Shown here in pieces: positions 26,166 through 33,109 of a DNA stretch of 43,680 bases. Numbering within the stretch: position 1 is the first letter of the stretch; each line of letters begins with the position of its first letter. The notes beneath the pieces were generated by a model. The model made no database searches. It saw only the letters and a list, made by a program, of their open reading frames with translations, and was not told where the DNA came from. The stretch is from the NCBI GenBank assembly GCA_024640705.1, contig JAHEEJ010000001.1, forward strand, positions 1-43,680. Reading direction: 5' to 3'. The translations under genes were made by a program, and so were the position numbers. The DNA is from Deltaproteobacteria bacterium. GTDB taxonomy: Bacteria; Myxococcota_A; UBA9160; SMWR01.

Positions 26166-27641
26166 TCAGCCCTCCTCGGGCTCGGACTTCATCCTGCGGA
26201 TCTCTTCCTGGATCAGGGTTTCGGCCATCCGCGGGATGACCTCCCAGGCGATCGATTCGACCCGCTCCACCGACTGGCGGACGATCGCTTCCGTGAGTTC
26301 CCCGAAAGACTCCCAGGCAATCTTCTCCAGGGTGTCGTGGAGTTGCTGGCGCAATTCGGGCCCGATCGACGCCATCAGCGCTTCCGCCCGATCGGCGGCC
26401 GGCTCGGCAGCCTTGCCCGGAGCGGGCGCTGCGTAGAGGTCGGCGGCGATATCGGCGGGCGCCTCTTCGACCACCGCGACTGCGACGGGCTCGACCGGTG
26501 GCGGCGCGCTAAAGCCCTCGTATACCGGGTCATGGCTCACGACCGTGGTGAGGTCGCTCGCGAGCGGGGCCGATTCGAACGGGTCCGTATCCGCTCCCGC
26601 ATTGGTTTCGGGCAGCGCTTCGGGAGCCAGCACCGTCATCTCCGCTTCATCCGCGCGGGGCGTCTCGATCGGAGGCGAGCTGGGCCGGGTATCGGTGATC
26701 GGCGGCCCGAGATCGGATGACGAGACGTCGTAGCCGGATGCGCCGAGCGGATCGATCACGGTGGCGTGCGCAAAGTCATTGGCATCCACAGGCGGCACCA
26801 GGTCGAGATCGGCGAGCGGATCGGTCGGGTTTTCCGCAAGCGCGAAGTCGAAGGGCTGGTCACCGCTGCGGCTGGCGTCCGGGGCCAGCGAATCGTCGAG
26901 GCCATCGTCATCGAGGACCAGATCCGCTGCGGCGGTGGGCGCCGGTTCGAGTTCGACGCCGAACGGAACGGCGTTGCCGAACGAGCTGGCGGCATCGACA
27001 GCGACGGGTTCCGCCTGGATCGCGACTGCCGGCGTGACGGGCGCCGGTTTTTTCGGCACCGCTGCGGGCGCGCCGAGGTCGTCGTCGCCGAAGGAGAAAT
27101 CGCTGGCAGGATCCTGGAACTCGAGATCGCTTCCATCGTCGAGAGAGGTCTGCGCGGGCGTGATGTCGGGCGCGCCCATCTCGTCGTCGAAAAAGTCGAA
27201 AGCGCCTGCATCATCAGCCAGATCGGGCTGCGATTCTACGGCAGGTGCTGGAGTCGGTCGCGGGCTTGCCGCGGTTGCTTCGATCAGGCTTCGGACCTGG
27301 GCGACGAGGGATTGCGCTTCGAAGGGTTTGGCGATGTGGCCCGCCGAGCCCACGCTGCGCGCGCGCGGCTCGTCGAAGGCTTCGAACGTTCCGGTCAGCA
27401 GCAACACCGGAATGTGCGCGAGCTCGGGATTGGCTTTGATGGCCGCGCAGACCTCGTAGCCGTTCTTGCCGGGCATCACGACATCCGCGAGCACGATGTC
27501 GGGGCGGAGTTCCTGGGTCTTGATGATCGCATCGTCGCCGTTGTCGACGGTCACGACGGTGGCGTCTTCGCTGGCGAAGCTGATCGCCACGACCTTCTGG
27601 ATCGTGACGCTGTCGTCAGCCAATAAAATCGTCTTCGGCAT
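26166..27641 (-). CDS. Response regulator: receiver domain + long acidic/Pro-rich linker + conserved C-terminal helical tail (RomR-like architecture)
   Basis: Start re-called to the ATG at 27641 (MPKTILLADDSVTIQK), with a G-rich RBS. Receiver motifs LLADD, LADVVMPGKNGYE, LLLTGTFEAFDE, AKPFE. A ~300-aa low-complexity D/E/P/A linker follows. The C-terminus has a duplicated IAWE motif (EKIAWESFGELTEAIV / ESIAWEVIPRMAETLIQEEIRR). Confidence 0.7.
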   Translation of the reverse strand: MPKTILLADDSVTIQKVVAISFASEDATVVTVDNGDDAIIKTQELRPDIVLADVVMPGKNGYEVCAAIKANPELAHIPVLLLTGTFEAFDEPRARSVGSAGHIAKPFEAQSLVAQVRSLIEATAASPRPTPAPAVESQPDLADDAGAFDFFDDEMGAPDITPAQTSLDDGSDLEFQDPASDFSFGDDDLGAPAAVPKKPAPVTPAVAIQAEPVAVDAASSFGNAVPFGVELEPAPTAAADLVLDDDGLDDSLAPDASRSGDQPFDFALAENPTDPLADLDLVPPVDANDFAHATVIDPLGASGYDVSSSDLGPPITDTRPSSPPIETPRADEAEMTVLAPEALPETNAGADTDPFESAPLASDLTTVVSHDPVYEGFSAPPPVEPVAVAVVEEAPADIAADLYAAPAPGKAAEPAADRAEALMASIGPELRQQLHDTLEKIAWESFGELTEAIVRQSVERVESIAWEVIPRMAETLIQEEIRRMKSEPEEG

Positions 27642-27887
27642 GGTCCCCCCCACAGGTGCGTGCGTCGTGCAAAACGGTGCTGCTCGGCCCAGCGCTCCTC
27701 GACATGTAGTATCGACGGCGGATCCCCTGGAATTGAATGGTTTTTTGCCCTTGTCGACCCGTGCGCGCCGAGCGGCGGGGTCAAGGCGGCTCCCCCTCAT
27801 TCCGATGAACCCTGGGGAGAGTATTCCGCCTCCGGCCGCGTGGGTCGACCGGCGGACCGGCACACCCTGTGAGGGCCCCCAGAGCGC

Positions 27888-28622
27888 ATGATACTCCGAT
27901 CAGCCGCCCGAACCGATGTTGGCCGCCGACGTCGGGCCAACGAGGACTGCTACGCGATCGCCGCGGAATTGGGGTATTTCGTCGTCGCCGATGGAATGGG
28001 GGGCCACAAGGCCGGCCAGCTCGCCAGCCGACTCGCCGCCGAAGCAGCCGTGGCCGCGCTCGAAGCCCTCGAAGGCTCGGCGGCGACGCTCACCGAAAAA
28101 TTGAGATGCACGATCGCCGCCGCGAATCGGGAGATCTACGTCGCCGCTCAGGCCAAGCCCGAATACTCCGGTATGGGGACGACGCTCGTTTCGCTGCTGG
28201 CCGTGGAGGGTCGGGTTGCGCTCGCACACGTAGGAGACAGCCGCGCTTATCTGGTCCGTGGCGGCCGTATTCGACAACTCACCGATGATCACTCGGTCGT
28301 CGGCGAACTCGTTCGACGCCGCGAGATCACGGAGTTGGCCGCTCGCGAACATCCGCACCGGCACGTGCTGACCCGAGCGATCGGTGTGCGGCGCGAGGTC
28401 GCTCCCGATCTGGCGGAGTTGACCTCGTCTCCTGGGGATCTCTTCGTGCTCTGTTCCGACGGTCTGACCGGTCTCGTCCACGACGAAGAAATTGCCGAGG
28501 CTGCGAACACCGGCAGCGACCTCGACACGATCTGCGAGCAACTCGTCGATCTTGCAAACGAGCGCGGCGGTGAGGACAACATCACGGTCGTCGTCGTCCG
28601 CTACGAGAAGGAATCCGCCTGA
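27888..28622 (+). CDS. PP2C-family Ser/Thr protein phosphatase
   Basis: RTDVGRRRRANEDC, VVADGMGGHKAG, LCSDGL, GGEDNITVVVV. Confidence 0.9.
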   Translation: MILRSAARTDVGRRRRANEDCYAIAAELGYFVVADGMGGHKAGQLASRLAAEAAVAALEALEGSAATLTEKLRCTIAAANREIYVAAQAKPEYSGMGTTLVSLLAVEGRVALAHVGDSRAYLVRGGRIRQLTDDHSVVGELVRRREITELAAREHPHRHVLTRAIGVRREVAPDLAELTSSPGDLFVLCSDGLTGLVHDEEIAEAANTGSDLDTICEQLVDLANERGGEDNITVVVVRYEKESA

Positions 28623-28661
28623 TTTCGCGGGGCTGAGGAGTCGGCCACCTCGGTCGATCGC

Positions 28662-29426
28662 CTAGCGATCCAGCATCCCCTTGAGCTTGGCTCGCAGTCG
28701 CAGTACGGACTTGGTGTGAATCTGACAGACCCGCGATTCCGTGATGCCGAGGATCGATCCGATTTCCTTCATGTTGAGATCTTCGTAGTAGTAGAGCGAA
28801 ATGACCAGGCGCTCCTTTTCGGGAAGCGTCCCGATCGTATCCGCGATCACCTGCTTGCTCTCGGCGAGCTTGAGTGAGGCGAACGGGTTCTCGGAATTCA
28901 CGTCTTCGACGATGTCGCTGAAGGTGCCCGTGCGATCGCCGTCGGAGTTGGTTCCACGAATTTCTTCGAGATTCACCAGGGAAATACCGCGCACCTGGTT
29001 GAGGAGTTCATGGAATTTATCGATCTGGATGCCGAGTGAATCCGCGACCTCGTCTTCGCTCGCGGTACGTCCCAGGCGTTGCTCGACCTCGCCGTAAGCG
29101 CGCTCGAGTTTTCGGCTCTTCTGGCGAACGCTGCGCGGCACCCAGTCCATCGAGCGGAGTTGGTCGAGAATTGCACCCTTGATGCGGAACTCTGCGTAGG
29201 TCTTGAACTTGCAGTTCTTCTCGGGGTCGTACTTGTCGATCGCGTCCATCAAACCGATCACGCCCGTATTGTGCAGATCGTCGAGATCGATGTGAGAGGG
29301 CAGTCGAACCGCGATGCGATTGACGATGTAACGGATCAGCGGCGTGTGCTCGAGCACGATCTGCTCTTTGAGCAACGGGGGGACCTCGGAACTCTGTTCT
29401 TTGGCTTCTCTGAGCAGACCTTCCAT
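28662..29426 (-). CDS. FliA/WhiG-type (group 3, sigma-28-like) RNA polymerase sigma factor
   Basis: Start re-called to the ATG at 29426, with a GAGGAGAGG RBS. Region 2: GVIGLMDAIDKYDPEKNCKFKTYAEFRIKGAILDQLR. Region 4.2 HTH: LNMKEIGSILGITESRVCQIHTKSVLRLR. Confidence 0.85.
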   Translation of the reverse strand: MEGLLREAKEQSSEVPPLLKEQIVLEHTPLIRYIVNRIAVRLPSHIDLDDLHNTGVIGLMDAIDKYDPEKNCKFKTYAEFRIKGAILDQLRSMDWVPRSVRQKSRKLERAYGEVEQRLGRTASEDEVADSLGIQIDKFHELLNQVRGISLVNLEEIRGTNSDGDRTGTFSDIVEDVNSENPFASLKLAESKQVIADTIGTLPEKERLVISLYYYEDLNMKEIGSILGITESRVCQIHTKSVLRLRAKLKGMLDR

Positions 29427-29516
29427 GAATGAATTCCTCTCCTCGGCTGACGGAATGCTTCGGGCCCCGGGGCACTCGGCGAGTTGCCGCCTCATGCCCG
29501 TTGGTTGCGCAGAGAA

Positions 29517-29531
29517 GCACGCGCTGTGCCA
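29517..29531 (-). promoter_or_regulatory. Sigma-54 (-24/-12) promoter upstream of the FliA-type sigma gene
   Basis: The minus strand reads TTGGCACAGCGCGTGCTT, i.e. TGGCAC-N5-GTGC with exact GG-N10-GC spacing and one mismatch to TGGCAC-N5-TTGC. It lies about 90 nt upstream of the ATG at 29426. Confidence 0.6.
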
Positions 29532-29821
29532 ATCGGGTTGGAATGCCGAAGTCGAGCGTGAACGGCCGCGCGCAAATCTGCGGCAAGATGCACTCGAGCC
29601 TGCTCAGGTGCTTGATTCCGCTAGCTTTTCGATCGGGGCAAAACGAATCGCAGGAGTCTGGAACTAGGTTGATTCACGTGCCGCCGATGGCGGCAGTCGA
29701 TCTCAGCCGCGCGCAACAGCGTCAGGGGTTCGACGCTTGGGACGCGGAACGGTTACGAAACCGTCAGCGTTTTGCCGGTGCTGTGCCGCTCGCCCGCGAT
29801 CCGAGATCCGCCGTTGCGGGT

Positions 29822-31342
29822 TCAGTGCGAACGCTGGGGATCCGGTATGTCGCCTGTCTCGGATCCGGCATCCCGTTCTGCGAACTCGCCAGCTCCACTC
29901 TGGCGCTCGGCCCGCGTGCGGGCAGTTCCTTCTGTATCCATTGAATCGCGCGATGCTCCATCGAACTTGACACCCTTCTTCTTCATTTTTTCGAGCATCG
30001 TCGTCCGATTCATTCGGATCAGCTGTGCGGCGCGGTTCTTGTTGCCATGGGTGATCTCGAGTGCCTGCAAGATCAGGTCCGATTCGAACTGGTCGACTAC
30101 GTCGCGGAAGCTCAGTCCTTGCGGTGGGATCTGCGGCGCCGTGGGCGGTGGCGGACAGCTCGCCTGGAGTGACTTTGGCAAGTCACTCGCAACGATCTCG
30201 CGACCGGAACAGAGAGTCACCAGGCGCTCGACGAGGTTTTCGAGTTCGCGGACGTTTCCCGGCCAATTGAAACGGGTCATTCGCTCGATGACCTCGTCCG
30301 AAAATTCAACCACCTCGTTGCCGCGGCCTTCGTTGGCGATGTTCAAGAAGTGCTGAGCGAGCAGCGGAATGTCGTCGCTGCGCTCTCGAAGCGGAGGCAC
30401 CACGATCGGAATCACATTGAGTCGGTAGAAGAGGTCTTCTCGGAACCGGCGCTCGGCAATCGCATCCTCGAGGTCCTGGTTGGTCGCGGCGATGACCCGC
30501 ACGTCCACGCTCTGGGTCTTGGACGAGCCGACGGGTTCGAAGGTGCGATCCTGGAGCACCCGCAGCAGCTTCACCTGCAAGGTGGAGCTCATGTCCCCGA
30601 TCTCATCGAGGAAGATCGTGCCCTCGTGGGCAACGGAAAATCGCCCCTCGCGATTGGCGACGGCATTGGTGAAGGCGCCGCGAACGTGGCCGAAGAGTTC
30701 GGATTCGAGCAGTTCTTCCGGAATCGCTCCGCAATTGACGGTGACGAACATCTTGTCCGCCCGCTTGCTGTTGAAATGGATCGCACGCGCCACGAGTTCT
30801 TTGCCGGTTCCGCTTTCTCCGGTGATCAGAACCGTGCTCTCCGTCATGGCCACCTTGGAGACGGTCTCGAGCACGCTGCGCAGTGCTGCGCTCGAGCCGA
30901 TGATGTTCTCGAAGCGGTACCTCGAGCGGAGCTGGCCCTGGAGCAGCCGATTCTCGGACTTGAGTCGGCCGTGCTCGATGGCCTGCTCGACGAGCCGACG
31001 CACCACATCGAGGTGGCCCTGGTCGAAGGGTTTCTCCAGGTACCAGTAGGCACCGGCCCTGAGCGCCTCGACCGAGCTCTCCGGGCTCCCGTAACCCGTG
31101 ATCACGATGCAGGGCAGGTCCGGGGCGAACTCGTGAATCTGCCGCACCAGCTCGAGGCCGTTGATCCCGGGCATCTTGATGTCCGCGAGAACCAGGTCGA
31201 TCGGCTGGCTCGAGACGATTTCGAGCGCAGATGTGGCATCGCGCGCCGTGGCGACGTGATGGCCTACGCGAACGAGGATGCGCTCGAGGGCTCGCCGATA
31301 GAGTTCCTCGTCGTCAACGACGAGGATGTTGGATTCACGCAG
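29822..31342 (-). CDS. Sigma-54-dependent response regulator (NtrC family), variant GAFTNA loop
   Basis: Walker A GESGTGKELVARAIH, Walker B TIFLDEIGDM, GAFTNA in place of GAFTGA, Fis-type HTH GNKNRAAQLIRMNRTTMLEKMKK. The receiver sequence (SNILVVDDEE...LVLADIKMPG) continues 56 codons upstream of the first ATG (31174), and there is no ATG/GTG/TTG before the in-frame stop at 31382-31384. I call a CTG start at 31342, 8 nt after a GGAGG. Confidence 0.8.
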   Translation of the reverse strand: MRESNILVVDDEELYRRALERILVRVGHHVATARDATSALEIVSSQPIDLVLADIKMPGINGLELVRQIHEFAPDLPCIVITGYGSPESSVEALRAGAYWYLEKPFDQGHLDVVRRLVEQAIEHGRLKSENRLLQGQLRSRYRFENIIGSSAALRSVLETVSKVAMTESTVLITGESGTGKELVARAIHFNSKRADKMFVTVNCGAIPEELLESELFGHVRGAFTNAVANREGRFSVAHEGTIFLDEIGDMSSTLQVKLLRVLQDRTFEPVGSSKTQSVDVRVIAATNQDLEDAIAERRFREDLFYRLNVIPIVVPPLRERSDDIPLLAQHFLNIANEGRGNEVVEFSDEVIERMTRFNWPGNVRELENLVERLVTLCSGREIVASDLPKSLQASCPPPPTAPQIPPQGLSFRDVVDQFESDLILQALEITHGNKNRAAQLIRMNRTTMLEKMKKKGVKFDGASRDSMDTEGTARTRAERQSGAGEFAERDAGSETGDIPDPQRSH

Positions 31343-31350
31343 TGAGGTTG

Positions 31351-31367
31351 CCTCCGCTTGGCGGAGG
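31351..31367 (-). promoter_or_regulatory. 7-bp GC hairpin (CCTCCGC-N3-GCGGAGG) containing the Shine-Dalgarno of the NtrC-type gene
   Basis: Perfect inverted repeat cctccgc ttg gcggagg. On the minus-strand RNA, the 3' arm GCGGAGG carries the GGAGG that sits 8 nt before the proposed CTG start. Confidence 0.35.
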
Positions 31368-31438
31368 GGGGCGCACCTATCTTAGAGAGCCCTGCCGAAC
31401 CATTCAAGCGTCTCGATTTCGAAACCGATAGAGCTGTC

Positions 31439-32911
31439 ATGGCAGCCTCGAGTGCGGGATCCGCCGATCAAAACTATTCCCCGCCGGATGAGGCTGGCTT
31501 CGTGCTTCTCGTTGACGACGAGGTGCTGCTGCTCCGGTCGTTGAAGCGGGTTCTCGAGCGGGTCGGCTATGAGGTCGCGCTCGCGGAATCCGTGGCAGAG
31601 GCGGAGCCTTATCTAACCGATCCTCGCCTCGACGCGGTGCTCGTGGACCTCCTGCTCGGGCCGGTCAGCGGGCTTCAATTGCTCGAGCAGATCAAGAGCA
31701 TGCGCCCCGAAGTCGAGGTCATCGTGATGACCGGCCACGGCAGCATCGAGAGTGCCGTGGGCTGCATTCGGCGAGGCGCCTTCGACTATCTCGAAAAACC
31801 ATTCGACGATGTGCACCGGATCCAAACGACCGTTCGCAAGGCGATCGAAAGGCGCAGCCTCGTTCGCCGCAACCGTCAACTCGAGGACGAATTGCGCGCG
31901 CGCTCTTCGATTCCGCAGCTCGTCGGCAAGTCGCGGGCCATGCGGACTCTGGCGAGCAAGGTTCACAGCCTCCGGCACAACGAAAGCCACGTTCTGATCC
32001 AGGGCGAGAGCGGGACCGGGAAGGAACTGGTCGCCTATGCGATCCATTCCAGCAGCCCGCGCTCTTCGGGCGATTTCGTCCCGGTGGATTGTGGAGCCCT
32101 GCCGGAGACGATCATCGAAAGCGAGTTGTTCGGTCACGAGAAGGGCGCCTTCACGGGTGCGGTCGGCTCGCCAGGATTGTTTCGGATCGCGAATCGAGGG
32201 ACCCTCTTCCTCGATGAGATCGGCGAGATCCCGCCGCACGTCCAGGCGAAATTGCTGCGTGCCCTGCAGCACAAGGAAATTCGGCCCGTGGGCGCAGCGA
32301 ACTCCGTGCCCGTCGATATCCGGGTCGTCTCTGCCACCCACCGCGACCTCGCGACAATGGTCGAAGAGGGCGGATTCCGAACGGATCTCTTCTATCGGCT
32401 CAATGTGGTTCGGATCGTGATTCCACCGCTTCGCGAGCGACGCGAGGACATTCCGCTGCTCGTCCACCATTTTCTGCGCAAGCACGCAGACGAGAATTCT
32501 CGCATCGAGGGGATCGACGAGCGGGCGCTCGAGCTGCTGATCGCATCCGATTGGCCGGGCAACGTCCGCGAGCTCGAGAACAGCATCGAGTCGGCGATGG
32601 CGTTGGCCCCCGGACCGCGGCTGCGCGTTTCCGATCTCGCGATCAATCGTCCGACCTACCGTTCGAGTTCGGTGCCCGTTCCGGCGAATCTGCCGATTTC
32701 CCTGGACGCCTACGAGCGGTGCGCGCTCGAGCGAGCGTTGGCGGAATGTGCGGGAGATGTCAGTGCTGCTGCACGGATTCTCGGGGTGGGTCGCAGCACC
32801 CTGTATCGGAAGCTCGCCAAGCACGACATTTCCGCGGGAGGCCGCTTTCAGCCGGAACCATCGGCGGCCGCTTCGACTTCGGAACGCTACGAGATGAGCG
32901 GGGACAGCTGA
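31439..32911 (+). CDS. Sigma-54-dependent response regulator (NtrC family)
   Basis: Receiver (FVLLVDDE, AVLVDLLLGPVSG, VMTGHG, LEKPF). AAA+ domain (GESGTGKELVAYAIH, GAFTGA, TLFLDEIGEI). HTH GDVSAAARILGVGRSTLYRKLAK. The start is uncertain: ATG at 31439 preferred, TTG at 31358 possible. Confidence 0.88.
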   Translation: MAASSAGSADQNYSPPDEAGFVLLVDDEVLLLRSLKRVLERVGYEVALAESVAEAEPYLTDPRLDAVLVDLLLGPVSGLQLLEQIKSMRPEVEVIVMTGHGSIESAVGCIRRGAFDYLEKPFDDVHRIQTTVRKAIERRSLVRRNRQLEDELRARSSIPQLVGKSRAMRTLASKVHSLRHNESHVLIQGESGTGKELVAYAIHSSSPRSSGDFVPVDCGALPETIIESELFGHEKGAFTGAVGSPGLFRIANRGTLFLDEIGEIPPHVQAKLLRALQHKEIRPVGAANSVPVDIRVVSATHRDLATMVEEGGFRTDLFYRLNVVRIVIPPLRERREDIPLLVHHFLRKHADENSRIEGIDERALELLIASDWPGNVRELENSIESAMALAPGPRLRVSDLAINRPTYRSSSVPVPANLPISLDAYERCALERALAECAGDVSAAARILGVGRSTLYRKLAKHDISAGGRFQPEPSAAASTSERYEMSGDS

Positions 32912-33109
32912 ACGCTCTCGCGATCCCTCCGGGCAATGTGTTCGAGCTTCGGACGCGTTCGCCAGCAGCGCGCAGTCATTCGGGCGGGAGATTCACGCTT
33001 CGCGCTTGCTGGAGCGGGGCTCGATCCGGTAGGCTCGGCCTCCGCATCTCTGCACCATGGTCTCACGGTCCGTTGTTCAGGCGACCTGCCCCCCGTAGGA
33101 GTGAGCCAC

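Noticed and set aside
29565-29716. 11-nt direct repeat GCCGCGCGCAA (29565-29575 and 29706-29716) upstream of the sigma-54 promoter, as possible activator sites
   Set aside because: It is a pure GC-rich 11-mer whose recurrence is plausible by chance in this composition. It is not palindromic as EBP sites usually are. Mentioned only as a pointer for footprinting.
31358-31438. TTG at 31358 as the start of the second NtrC-type gene (the track start)
   Set aside because: It would add 27 residues with no receiver-domain similarity and would place the start inside the hairpin/SD of the divergent gene. The ATG at 31439 is preferred, though its RBS is weak, so this remains uncertain.
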